Notes: a model not told the origin generated them from the letters alone. DNA of 64,000 nucleotides from Candidatus Multivoradales bacterium (GCA_965223855.1 CBDCXM010000008.1:64001-128000); one strand, 5' to 3'; shown: positions 10,080-19,787, counted from the stretch's first letter. Translations and numbers: made by a program.

Positions 10080-11938
10080 CGTCGCCCCGCCGAGGAGGCG
10101 TCCCAGTTCGGCTCGCGGCGCACGTCGAGATCCACACGCAGCAGGCCGGCCAACGGCCTGCCGGCGTCCATCGACGCCTTCTGCCGCACCGCCGCGCCGA
10201 TCGGCTTCGAGGCCCCCGAGGGAGCCCGCCAGAGCGAGCGGATCGATCCGGGGAGTCGCGCCAGCGGCTCGCCGTCGACGACCCATCCAGCCTGCGGCGA
10301 GACTCCCAGCAGAGCCAGGCGCTGCCGACTCTCGAGCCCGTCGAGAAACTCCAGAGCCTGATCCAGCGTCCGGGGCACTGAAGCTTCGAGTTCCAGCCGC
10401 GCGGCGTCGATGCTCGCTCCATCTCCGACGAGCACGAAGTAGCGTCCCGTCTCGAGATCGTCCGGCACGGTGACCTCCATGGAACGGCGTATCGACTCGC
10501 CCCGCCACGGCTGCAGTTCGACGTGGATTCGGGTCGTCTCGCCCGGCGCGAGCAGCGGGCGTGATGCGTGAGCCGCCACGATCTGAGCGGCTCTGCGCTC
10601 GAGTTCGACATCGATCTCGACCGCGATCCGCTCCAGACGGGCTTCCCCGAGGCCGTTGTTCTGCAGATAGACGATCACGTTGAGCAGGTGCACAACCGCT
10701 TCCAGGCTGGCGACGGGGCCGTCGAAGACCTGCTCGATCTCGAGCGACCGGCGGTCGGCGATCTCGATCGACGCTCGCAGCGCGACACTACGCTCGCCTC
10801 CGGCACCGATCGTCGTGTCGATCGCACCGAGGACGGAGGTCGCCGCCAGCGAACCGGTGATGGCGGGAACCGACGCCAACCGCATCGAATAGCTGCGCTC
10901 GACGCCTGCATCGACCTTCACCTCGAGCGGGATCATCGGGGTCTCCCTACCCACGGTGCCGCTCACGCCGGGGGGTCGGTCACGGTCGAAGGCCCCCACG
11001 ATCCTCCCGAGGTTCCCGATCTTGAAGGAACTCGCGATCGACGGGATGACGGTGACGATCTCCGCCTCCGCCATCGGTACCTCGATGTCGCCAAGGCCGA
11101 GGAACGGGTGCCCGAACGCGAGCACCGTGTCTCCGGAACGCTCCGTGACGGTCCCCGTGGCCGCGAGCCTCAGGTCGCCGTCGACGAGGACGGCTGCGAC
11201 CGCGCTTCCTCCCTCGAGGGCCGTCGCTCCGGGTTCGGCCGATTCCATGCGGCCCGCTGAGGCGACGGGACCGACCACCTCCTCGAGCAGCTGAGTCACC
11301 CGTCCGCCGAAACCGGCCGTCGTCCACAGGAGTCCTCTGCCGCGCTCCGGGGTTCCGACCCCGGTTCCAGCCCCGGTTCCGGCCAGCGGGCCCATCGCTG
11401 CGGTCAGCCGCTCGCGCAACTGCACCTCGGACCCTTCGAAGGCGACGAGGTCCTCCATGGTGACCTTGCCCGTCGGCGGCCCCGCCGTCGCGGGCTGCAG
11501 CGCCCCCGGCCCACCGGCCGAGATCGCGCGCATGCTCTCGATCGGCGTCACTCCGGCGATCGGCTCCTTGGCGAACGGCCAACTGAAGGCCACCGCACCG
11601 ACCAGCCTGCCGTCGATGTAGACAGGGCTGCCACTCATGCCGGCGATGACACCGCTCTCCTCGAGACCTCGACCTTCGAGGCGCGCGAGAACGTAGGACG
11701 AGTCGGGACTGATGTCGCGCCACACGCCGAGCAGCTCGACCTCGAAGCGCTCCGGCTCGTCCCCGGCGAACACCGACCATCCTTCGCCGCGCTGGCCCCG
11801 CTCCACTTCCGCGAGCGGCAGGATCTCGGCCGGTTGCGTCGCTCCCGCCGAGGCGACCGCGAACGCCACTGCCGCCGCCGCGACGACCCGGCGCACGGCG
11901 CCGGGCGCCAGCTCGAGAGTGCACAGTTTCGGTTGCAT
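10076..11938 (-). CDS. SpoIVB peptidase S55 domain protein
   Basis: GVIAGMSGSPVYIDGRLVGAVA and AFGHPF motifs; signal peptide. Confidence 0.88.
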   Translation of the reverse strand: MQPKLCTLELAPGAVRRVVAAAAVAFAVASAGATQPAEILPLAEVERGQRGEGWSVFAGDEPERFEVELLGVWRDISPDSSYVLARLEGRGLEESGVIAGMSGSPVYIDGRLVGAVAFSWPFAKEPIAGVTPIESMRAISAGGPGALQPATAGPPTGKVTMEDLVAFEGSEVQLRERLTAAMGPLAGTGAGTGVGTPERGRGLLWTTAGFGGRVTQLLEEVVGPVASAGRMESAEPGATALEGGSAVAAVLVDGDLRLAATGTVTERSGDTVLAFGHPFLGLGDIEVPMAEAEIVTVIPSIASSFKIGNLGRIVGAFDRDRPPGVSGTVGRETPMIPLEVKVDAGVERSYSMRLASVPAITGSLAATSVLGAIDTTIGAGGERSVALRASIEIADRRSLEIEQVFDGPVASLEAVVHLLNVIVYLQNNGLGEARLERIAVEIDVELERRAAQIVAAHASRPLLAPGETTRIHVELQPWRGESIRRSMEVTVPDDLETGRYFVLVGDGASIDAARLELEASVPRTLDQALEFLDGLESRQRLALLGVSPQAGWVVDGEPLARLPGSIRSLWRAPSGASKPIGAAVRQKASMDAGRPLAGLLRVDLDVRREPNWDASSAGRR

Positions 11939-12027
11939 TTCAGAAACGTCTCGCCACCACTACGTCAACGCGCTGATTCCTCAGAGATTTCCACAGAAAC
12001 TGCGGAAAACCGCCCGCGCACAATAGC

Positions 12028-12645
12028 TCACTCTGTCGGGTCGAAGTCGTAGCGACCCCGCCGCAGCACCTGCCAGCCACCCTCGTCATGTCGAACCAGA
12101 GTCGATGGAGCGCCTCCGGGCAGGACACCGTCGTCGAGGATCCACGCATCGGCGCCTCGAAGCAGAGGCTGCAGGGCCGTCGGCTCGAGAATCGCGGGTT
12201 GCCCCGACCGGTTGGCACTGGTCGCTGTCAGCGCGAGGTCGAGTTGGAGCAGCAGCCCTCGTAGTGCGGCATGCTTCGGGACCCTCACGGCCAGAGTCTC
12301 CCCTCCGCCCGCGGCCGCGACGCGGCGCGTGAGCGGCGCGATCAGACTCAAGGCTGCGGGCCAGGCGGCGATCACCGGTTCGAAGGCTGGATCATCGAGT
12401 TCGACGCCCAGAGACTCGAAAGCGGTGCGGTTCCCGCCGACGACCGGAAGCGGTTCTCCCTCCGGACGGCGTTTCAGATCGAAAACCTGCCGCACGGCTC
12501 GCTCGTCGTCGGGCCGCACCGCAAGGCCGTAGCTCGACTCGGTCGGGATCGCCAGCACGCCACCGCGATCGAGGCACGCCCGAAGGGGCTCCACGGGATC
12601 GCCCCAGCGCCAGGTTCGCGTTTCCCGGACCCGCCCGACGGCCAT
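12028..12645 (-). CDS. tsaC: L-threonylcarbamoyladenylate synthase (YrdC/Sua5)
   Basis: PTESSYGL, K.R, TATSANRSG and PSTLV motifs. Confidence 0.9.
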   Translation of the reverse strand: MAVGRVRETRTWRWGDPVEPLRACLDRGGVLAIPTESSYGLAVRPDDERAVRQVFDLKRRPEGEPLPVVGGNRTAFESLGVELDDPAFEPVIAAWPAALSLIAPLTRRVAAAGGGETLAVRVPKHAALRGLLLQLDLALTATSANRSGQPAILEPTALQPLLRGADAWILDDGVLPGGAPSTLVRHDEGGWQVLRRGRYDFDPTE

Positions 12646-12749
12646 GGCGGTAGCTTAGCCTGAGTTCGCCGACTCTCCACCGACGCCGGCAGACCCCAAC
12701 CCGCTACCCTGCCCGGACCGTCCGCGCCGAAGGCCCTGACAGCCCGGCT

Positions 12750-13805
12750 TCAGCGAATCTCGACGAGATAGCTCTCGACGACCGTCGATTCACCCTCGCC
12801 ACCCAGGCGGCCGATCAACTCGATGGTGTAGGAGCCGGCTTCGAACGTACCGGTCGGGACCGACACCGTGAAAGTGCCGAGTTCGTCCCGCAGCGGCGCT
12901 TCCCTCGACGCCCACACTTCCGCCCCGGCCGCGTCGACGATTCGCATTCGCTCGAGCCGGTCGTCTCCGGCCGCGCCCGAGTTGAGGATCAGAGCTACCG
13001 CTCCGGCCGACCGCTCGAGGACGGTGGCGCTGTCCGAAGGCGTCTCCCCCCGCAGCACCATGTCACCGGGGTAGAGATCGATGACGGGGAGGTTGGCTCG
13101 AGGCTGCTCGAGTGCCGCGATCTGCTCGCCCAGCCGTACGATCTGCTCCTCCTGTCTGGCCACCTGATCGACGAGGTCGCTCTTGCCGGCGGCGAGCTGC
13201 TCGTTCTCGAGACGCAGCTCTTCGATCTGCTGACGCGCCTCCTCCCCTCCCTCGCCCGCCGGCTGCGGCGCGGGGTCGCGCTCCTCGAGCGCCTCTTCGA
13301 GGCGAGACTCGACGTCGGCGAGACGCGCCTCACCCTCGGACAGTCGGCTCCACTGCCACCCGGCGAGGGCGAGGGAAGCGGCACCTACGATCGACGCTGC
13401 GAGGGCAAGTCGCCTCCACCCGCTCGCCGCTGCGGTCGCAGGGGCGAACCGTCCGGCGACGACATTGCCGTCGGCGGGAGCCTCGGCGCCACGGCTCCGG
13501 TCGAGAGCGTCACGGCTCTCCACCAGCAGCTCGTACTCCTCGCGCGCGCCCGGGGACGCTGCCAGATGCCGCTCGATGAGATCCGCCGGCAGCCCTTCCG
13601 TCACGCCGTCGAAGACGTAGGAGACCAGCGCTTCGGCCGGCAAGCGATGCCCGAAGATCCGCGCTGCTTCGCGAACCTGCTCCAGCTCGGCGCGCAGCTC
13701 TTCGGATCGGGCGAGTTCGCGCTCGACCTCGAGCCTCTCGTCCTCCGACAGCGTGCCGTTCAGGAAGAACGGCAACTTCTCGATGATGGATCTTGGAATC
13801 GACAT
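12750..13805 (-). CDS. Membrane-anchored anti-sigma factor (tandem degenerate zf-HC2-like domains, TM helix, coiled coil, C-terminal beta domain)
   Basis: LPFFLNGTLSEDERLEVE pattern; TM segment LALAASIVGAASLALAGW; lies directly downstream of the ECF sigma. Confidence 0.75.
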   Translation of the reverse strand: MSIPRSIIEKLPFFLNGTLSEDERLEVERELARSEELRAELEQVREAARIFGHRLPAEALVSYVFDGVTEGLPADLIERHLAASPGAREEYELLVESRDALDRSRGAEAPADGNVVAGRFAPATAAASGWRRLALAASIVGAASLALAGWQWSRLSEGEARLADVESRLEEALEERDPAPQPAGEGGEEARQQIEELRLENEQLAAGKSDLVDQVARQEEQIVRLGEQIAALEQPRANLPVIDLYPGDMVLRGETPSDSATVLERSAGAVALILNSGAAGDDRLERMRIVDAAGAEVWASREAPLRDELGTFTVSVPTGTFEAGSYTIELIGRLGGEGESTVVESYLVEIR

Positions 13806-13870
13806 GGGAGTTCAACCTCTCGGATGGATGTTTCCCCTCGCCTCAAACGGGCGTCCGAGACCGCGGATTG

Positions 13871-14431
13871 TTACGCCCCCTCGTCCAGCAATTCGTCTCT
13901 CACTTCGATCGCCTTCTTGCGACACCGAAGAACCCTCACCCGCAGCGCCCCCTCCTTGACGTCCAGGGCGTTGCTCATCTCGCGGTAGCTCAACCCTTCG
14001 ATCAGCATTCGCCACATCTCCTTGCACTCCTCCGACACCCGCTCGAGGACCCGAGTGACGAGATCGGTCGTCGCCAGAGACGGGCGTTCCTGCTGCCTTC
14101 TGAGATCGACGATCTCCTGCGCTTCCGTGGACTCCTCGACATCGGTCCACATCCAGCGCGAAACTTTCCTCACCTGGTCCAGGCAGGAGTGGTTGACCAC
14201 CCTCCAGACATAGGTCTTGAGGTTGGCCTCGCCGCGGAACTGACCGCTCGAGAAGACCTTGAAGACCTCGAGCCGGACGTCCTGCAGCACGTCGTCCCAC
14301 TGCGAGGACAGACGGCGGAAGAAGGGGCGCGCCGCACTCTGGATCCACTGGTCCACCTCGGCGACGACCTCGGGGTCGCCGTCCAGATAGGCCCCGATCC
14401 TGCTGTCCCTCTCGCCACTCAAGCGGTCCAC
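13871..14431 (-). CDS. ECF-family RNA polymerase sigma-70 factor (start GTG 14431 or TTG 14422)
   Basis: Region 2 DDVLQDV...KTYVWRVVNHSCLDQVRK; region 4 GLSYREMS...EGALRVRVLRCRKK. Confidence 0.9.
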   Translation of the reverse strand: MDRLSGERDSRIGAYLDGDPEVVAEVDQWIQSAARPFFRRLSSQWDDVLQDVRLEVFKVFSSGQFRGEANLKTYVWRVVNHSCLDQVRKVSRWMWTDVEESTEAQEIVDLRRQQERPSLATTDLVTRVLERVSEECKEMWRMLIEGLSYREMSNALDVKEGALRVRVLRCRKKAIEVRDELLDEGA

Positions 14432-14530
14432 CCCCCTCTGGTGTATCGTTCTGGACGCGCGCCAATGCTGTCCGACGGTCAGGGTGAAGTCAATGAACAG
14501 CGGGGCGAGGCGTCTCTGCAACCACGGCTC

Positions 14531-17500
14531 ATGATGTCGTCCGGGGCTCGGGAACCGCTCCAGACGCAGGCGCGTACCTGGTCCGTCATGGCATCACTGG
14601 CGGTCGTCATCGCCTGCGCGGGAGCCCGGCCTGTAGAGAAGTCCGACGTTCCAGGGGCAACCCTGGAACCGGGTGCAGCGGTCGACCTCGACCTCGATGC
14701 CGGAGGTCGTTGGTCCACTCGGGTGATCGTCGACGTCGAGAGCTACGCAGTGGTCGTGGCCGAGCAGCTAGGTATCGACGTCGCCGTTGAGTTGATCGAT
14801 GCAAAAGGAACGGTCCTCGAGCGCGTGGACGGAGACTCCGGCATCGGCGTCGAGGAACGCCTCGCCGCACGACTTCGGCCCGGGCGGCACCAGCTAAGGC
14901 TGACCGCCTACGACGGGGGTCCGGAGCGAGGACGGGTCCGCCTGCACCTGGAGACCCTTCGGGGTTGGGAGACCGACGACGATCGAAGGATCCAGCTCCA
15001 GAAGATCGCTCAACGTGCGAACCACCTCGACGGGCAGAACTCCAAAGTGATGTGGGAAGAGGCGCTGGATCTCAGCCTTGCCGAGGTCGCCGGCTGGCGG
15101 GCCCTTGGCGACGAGCGACCGCGGATCCGAGCCCTGCTCAGATTGATGACCCTCGAGAGGGAGCTGACCTCGATCTCGGACTCGCTGCGGCACGGAAGGG
15201 AGGCCCTCGCAGCGAGTCGCGCTCTCGGTGAGCCGTACCTCGAGGCACTGAGTCAGTACTGGTTGGGCGTCGGCCTCTCTACCGCCGGTCGACAAGAGGA
15301 AGCTGTGGAGAGACTGGAGGCTGCCCTGGCCCTTGCTACGGCCGGCCGACACCATGCTCTGGCAGGCATGACCCTCAACTACCTGGGGCGAGTCGCCACG
15401 CGCCGCGGGCTGCTGAGCCGAGGCCACCGCTACTACGAACAGGCCCTCGAAGAGGCGAGAAAGGGGCAGGACCTGCGCCGAGTCGCCTCCATCCTCAACA
15501 ACCTCGCCCTTGCGGCACGACGAGGGGGGAACTTCCAGCAGGCTCTCGCAAGCTACGAGGAGTCGATCAGAATCTCCGACCTCACCGGCATCGCGGGCGA
15601 CGAGTTCTCGGCGCTCTCGAACCTTGCCTACCTGTACTTCGCTCGAGGACAGTGGGAGGAGGCCCTCGATACCTGGCGTGACGGTCTGCGGCGAGCAGAA
15701 GCACTGGCAGACGAACGCAAGGTGGTGACTCTCAGCCGCGCCCTCGGCGAAGCGCTTTCGAGCCTTGGTGACACGGAAAGGGCACGGCCCCTGCTCCAAC
15801 GAGCCGCAGAGATCGCCGGCCGCAGAAACGATCCCACAGCCGAAATGGGAGCGTTGACATCCCTGGCCTGGGCGGAGGTCGCAGCGAGACGGCTCGAGGC
15901 CGCCAGGGCTACGTTCCTCTCCGCGATCCTCGTAGCGCAGTCTGCGGATCTCAACGAGACCCGTTGTCAGGTGGGACTTGCCACCGTCGCCCTTCTCGCT
16001 AACGACCCTCTTGAAGCCTCCAGGATCGTCGAATCGGCAATGAACTCCGGCGTCGAACTCGTCCCTGAGGCAAGAGCCCGGCTGGCCCTGATCGCGAGTC
16101 GCGCGACGTTGGCCCAGGGGCTTCTGGCACCTGCAACGCAGTGGCTGACCCGGGGGGTCGAAGCTCTCGGTCCGGGATCCACGCCGCGTCTGCGATTCGA
16201 ACTGGCGCTCCACCAGGCGCACCTGGAGCGAGCGCGCGGACAGACCGAGGAGGCGCTCAACGCCGTCCTCTTTTCGCTGGAGATCCTCGAGTCTCTTCGC
16301 TCCGGCCTCTCCGATGCCGACCTCAGAGCCACCTACCTCGGAAGAGTCCGGGAGGCCTTCGACCTGGCGGTCGAGATCCGTCTCGAGCTGGCACAGTCTC
16401 AGCCGAGCGCCGGCCACGAAGAGGAGGCTTTCCAGCTCGCAGAACTGGCGAGAGCCAGAAGCCTCGCAGAGTTGCTCAGAACAGCCGAGTCCGGAGCCCA
16501 GAACCGCGTTCCTCGGGCTCTGATCGACCGGGAGCGAGACTCCCTGGCGGCAGTGGCCTATGCCCAGCAGGCTCTGACAGCGGCGATCGACACTCGAGCG
16601 GAGGCAGGAAGGCTCGACGAACTCCAACGAGCTCTGGACGCAGCACGCGACCAGCTCTCACGCGACGCAGCAGTACTCCGACGGGAAGCTCCCCGGTATG
16701 CCTCCATACGCTATCCGGACCCGATCACTGTTCGCGAGATCGCGGAAGTGCTCGACCCCGATGAGGCCCTTGTGCAATACGTTCTCACTGCGGACAGGGC
16801 TCTAGCCTTCGCTGTGACAAGCGACGGGCTAGTCTCCGTCGCGTTCCCTGACGCCGGCGAAGTCGGGCCGCTCGTGCATTCGATGAGAGCGGCTCTCGTC
16901 CAGCCCGCCCGTCGCTCGTTCGGGCGTCTTCAGGCACTGGCGAAGGAACTCGGGGCCGCGCTCGTCGATCCGCTGCTCGAGTCAACCGCAGGACGCACAC
17001 GCTGGATCGTCATTCCCGACGGCCCTCTCCACTACTTGCCTTTCGAGGCCCTCATGGTCCGGCTTCGCGGTCTGCCCGACTCAGAGCCAGGCTACTTCGT
17101 CGAGTCTCACTCCGTCGTCTATGCACCCTCGGCCGGCGTTTGGCGAGAGCTTCGTCGTGAGGTCCGAAGCGCCAGGAGTGCGCGAGGACACTTCGTCGCG
17201 TTGGCGGATCCCGACACTACCTACCTGAGATCAGGTGGGAAGACCGCGACCAGCTGGCGTCGGCTACCTGGCGCCAGGCGAGAGGTTCAAGAGATCGCAG
17301 CAGCCATCCAAAGACCCGCTCATCTCTGGATCGGGAGCGAGGCCACCGAGGACGCCTTGAGATCACGGCTCGATCTTGTCGAGACCGCACAGTGGATTCA
17401 CTTCGCCGCTCACGCCCAAGTGTCGGAAAACCGTCCAGCGGACTCATCAATCATTCTCGGATCCAGCGAGAGCCTCGGCGCCAGCGACGGCTATCTGTCC

Positions 17501-17836
17501 GTAGCTGAGGCGTTCGAACTCACTTTGCAGGCTGACCTCGTCGTGCTCTCCGGTTGCGAAACAGCACTCGGCAGGAACGTCCGAGGGGAAGGCCTACTTG
17601 GACTGACGCGCGCCTTTCTCTATGCCGGCGCTCGGGCGATCGGAGTCAATCTGTGGAAAGTCGCGGATTCGACCTCACCTCAGCTGATGATCGACTTTTA
17701 TCAGGGGCTCTCCAAGGGAGAGTCGGCAGCGAGTTCTCTGCGCGGGGCAAAACTGCAGGCCCTAGAAGATCCTGCGCGGGCGCATCCGTTCCATTGGGCG
17801 CCGTTCGTCCTGATCGGAGCACCGGAAGCGGGCTGA
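14531..17836 (+). CDS. CHAT (caspase-like) protease with TPR array and N-terminal PPC-like domain; possible lipoprotein (start uncertain, 14465-14588)
   Basis: IPDGPLHYLPFEAL, IHFAAHA (His), VLSGCET (Cys) and HPFHWAPF; TPR repeats; VIAC lipobox-like motif. Confidence 0.9.
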   Translation: MMSSGAREPLQTQARTWSVMASLAVVIACAGARPVEKSDVPGATLEPGAAVDLDLDAGGRWSTRVIVDVESYAVVVAEQLGIDVAVELIDAKGTVLERVDGDSGIGVEERLAARLRPGRHQLRLTAYDGGPERGRVRLHLETLRGWETDDDRRIQLQKIAQRANHLDGQNSKVMWEEALDLSLAEVAGWRALGDERPRIRALLRLMTLERELTSISDSLRHGREALAASRALGEPYLEALSQYWLGVGLSTAGRQEEAVERLEAALALATAGRHHALAGMTLNYLGRVATRRGLLSRGHRYYEQALEEARKGQDLRRVASILNNLALAARRGGNFQQALASYEESIRISDLTGIAGDEFSALSNLAYLYFARGQWEEALDTWRDGLRRAEALADERKVVTLSRALGEALSSLGDTERARPLLQRAAEIAGRRNDPTAEMGALTSLAWAEVAARRLEAARATFLSAILVAQSADLNETRCQVGLATVALLANDPLEASRIVESAMNSGVELVPEARARLALIASRATLAQGLLAPATQWLTRGVEALGPGSTPRLRFELALHQAHLERARGQTEEALNAVLFSLEILESLRSGLSDADLRATYLGRVREAFDLAVEIRLELAQSQPSAGHEEEAFQLAELARARSLAELLRTAESGAQNRVPRALIDRERDSLAAVAYAQQALTAAIDTRAEAGRLDELQRALDAARDQLSRDAAVLRREAPRYASIRYPDPITVREIAEVLDPDEALVQYVLTADRALAFAVTSDGLVSVAFPDAGEVGPLVHSMRAALVQPARRSFGRLQALAKELGAALVDPLLESTAGRTRWIVIPDGPLHYLPFEALMVRLRGLPDSEPGYFVESHSVVYAPSAGVWRELRREVRSARSARGHFVALADPDTTYLRSGGKTATSWRRLPGARREVQEIAAAIQRPAHLWIGSEATEDALRSRLDLVETAQWIHFAAHAQVSENRPADSSIILGSSESLGASDGYLSVAEAFELTLQADLVVLSGCETALGRNVRGEGLLGLTRAFLYAGARAIGVNLWKVADSTSPQLMIDFYQGLSKGESAASSLRGAKLQALEDPARAHPFHWAPFVLIGAPEAG

Positions 17837-17867
17837 CAGGCGAGTCCTGTCAAACCGCCTGTCAGCC
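17831..17867. terminator. 12-bp perfect hairpin between the convergent CHAT gene and small-peptide ORF
   Basis: GGCTGACAGGCG (17831-17842) / CGCCTGTCAGCC (17856-17867). Confidence 0.65.
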
Positions 17868-17874
17868 AGGTTCT

Positions 17875-17937
17875 TCAGCTTCCGGTTCCACCTCCGGTGG
17901 TACCTTCGTCGTCCTCTTCGTCGCCTGGCATTCTCAT
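17875..17937 (-). CDS. Putative 20-aa acidic peptide MRMPGDEEDDEGTTGGGTGS
   Basis: AGAGGAGG SD 5 nt before the ATG; TAGAAT -10 at 18047-18052; hairpin immediately after the stop. Confidence 0.55.
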   Translation of the reverse strand: MRMPGDEEDDEGTTGGGTGS

Positions 17938-18062
17938 GGTTGCCTCCTCTCGGCTTCCGATTGATGCCCTTGCCCTCGCGTCTTCGCGGTCCCGCAGAGC
18001 CGGGCCTTGGGAGGCCGGCACGACGCCGGCCGCTACGTCCGGCGTCATTCTAGACCGTGTGA

Positions 18063-19781
18063 TCACGCAGCACCGCGTTTCGAGGATTCAATCAACTCCT
18101 CCGCGTGGGAACGTGCCGTCTCCGTCTGACGGTCGCCGGCCAGCATCCGGGCGATCTCTTCGGTACGCGACGTCTGATCGAGGCGCTCTACAGTCGTTCG
18201 CGTTCGACCGTCGGAGGCCGCCTTGCGCACTCCGAGATGCACGTCGGCGAAACTCGCCACCTGCGGCAGATGCGTCACCGCCAGAACCTGCGACTCCTCT
18301 GCCAGCTCCTGGAGCTTGCGCCCGAGCGCTGATGCCGCTTCGCCGCCGAGGCCTGCGTCCGCTTCGTCGAAGACCATCGTAATGGTCCCCTCGCCGCGAG
18401 TTCTCGCGGCGAGCCTGAGGGCAAGGAAGATGCGGGAAAGCTCGCCCCCGGAAGCGCTGGTGGCGAGAGGGCGCGGCTCTTCGCCGGGGTTCGCAGCCAG
18501 GAAGAGCTCGACGTCGTCGTATCCGAGCGGGCCGAACGCCACGGGGTTTCCTTCGACCCTCAGCGGGCTCGCGGCCTCGCTCCGACGGCGAAGCTCGACG
18601 GAGAGCCGGGCGCGATCGAGTGCCAGGGACGCGAACTCGCGTTGGGTCGCCTCCACCAGCTCCTTCGCCCAGGCCTTGCGCTGCTTCGACAGCCGGGTCG
18701 CAGCCTTCCTGTAGGCCTCGAGGGCCGCCGTCACCTGGTCCTCGAGCGCGGAGCCGTCTTCGAGGTCGGCTTCGAGCCCCTCGAGCTCGGTCGCCGCTTC
18801 CCTGCGATAGTCGAGCACGTCCGCCACCCGCTCCCCGAACTTACGGCGCAGTCTGTCGAGGACCGACAGTCGCTCCTCGACCTGATCGAGCCGGCGCGGA
18901 TCGGCGGCGACCGAGTCGAGCGCGCGCCTCATGCCGTCGGCCGCTTCCTCGAGGCGGATCCTCAGCTCTTCGAGTTCCCGCGACCACGCCTCGGCCTCGG
19001 GCTCCCATTCGGCGATGGTGCGCAGGGCGTTCTCGGCGCGCGCGATCCTCTCGACCGCAGCGCCGTCCTCCTCGGCCAGTTCCAGATGCCCGCGCCCGAG
19101 GACCGAGGCGATCTGCTCGCTATGCCGCAGCCGTGCGCGCTCCGCAGCGAGTTCATCGTCCTCCCCGGCGGTCAGCCCGGCGGAGTCGATCTCACCGATC
19201 TGGAAGCGCAGCAGATCGATCCGCTCCTCGTGCAGTCGGCGGTTGCCGCGCACGCGCTCGAGACGCGTCGCCAGTTCGCGATAGAGCGCGTGCTTGGCAG
19301 CCACCTCGTCGAGCAGAGCCCTCCCCTTCTCGCCGCCGCGCCCGTCGACGAAGTCGCGCTGCGTCTCTGCGGTGGCAAGAGTCAGCTCCTCACGCTGCGC
19401 GTGAAGGTAGAGGCACTCCTCGGTCAGAGCCCGCAGCAGCCTCACGGTTGCCGGTTGATCGTTGACGAAGACGCGATTGCGCCCCTCACGACCGATCTCG
19501 CGCCGGACGACGCACTCGTCGCTCTCTCCTTCGACTCCGGCGTCGTCGAGCACCTCCCGCATCGCGGTCGTCAGGGTGAAGCGACCGATGACGACGAGAC
19601 GGTCGGCTCCGGTCCGCAGCAGGTCGCCCGACGCCCGCGCCCCGCGCAGCAGCGCGAGCGCATCGACGACGATCGACTTGCCGGCTCCGGTCTCGCCGGT
19701 CAGGACGTTGAGACCGCGGTCGAACTCGACGGTCGCCCGCTCGAGAACGGCGAGATTCCTGACGTGGAGGTCGAGGATCAT
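18063..19781 (-). CDS. recN: DNA repair protein RecN
   Basis: LTGETGAGKS, ASGGELSR, FDEAD and VTHLPQVA. Confidence 0.96.
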   Translation of the reverse strand: MILDLHVRNLAVLERATVEFDRGLNVLTGETGAGKSIVVDALALLRGARASGDLLRTGADRLVVIGRFTLTTAMREVLDDAGVEGESDECVVRREIGREGRNRVFVNDQPATVRLLRALTEECLYLHAQREELTLATAETQRDFVDGRGGEKGRALLDEVAAKHALYRELATRLERVRGNRRLHEERIDLLRFQIGEIDSAGLTAGEDDELAAERARLRHSEQIASVLGRGHLELAEEDGAAVERIARAENALRTIAEWEPEAEAWSRELEELRIRLEEAADGMRRALDSVAADPRRLDQVEERLSVLDRLRRKFGERVADVLDYRREAATELEGLEADLEDGSALEDQVTAALEAYRKAATRLSKQRKAWAKELVEATQREFASLALDRARLSVELRRRSEAASPLRVEGNPVAFGPLGYDDVELFLAANPGEEPRPLATSASGGELSRIFLALRLAARTRGEGTITMVFDEADAGLGGEAASALGRKLQELAEESQVLAVTHLPQVASFADVHLGVRKAASDGRTRTTVERLDQTSRTEEIARMLAGDRQTETARSHAEELIESSKRGAA

Positions 19782-19787
19782 GGTCGA

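Noticed and set aside
13793-14530. N-terminal ~245 aa of the 1347-aa ORF
   Set aside because: It is antisense to the ECF sigma gene; the real CHAT protein starts near 14465-14588.
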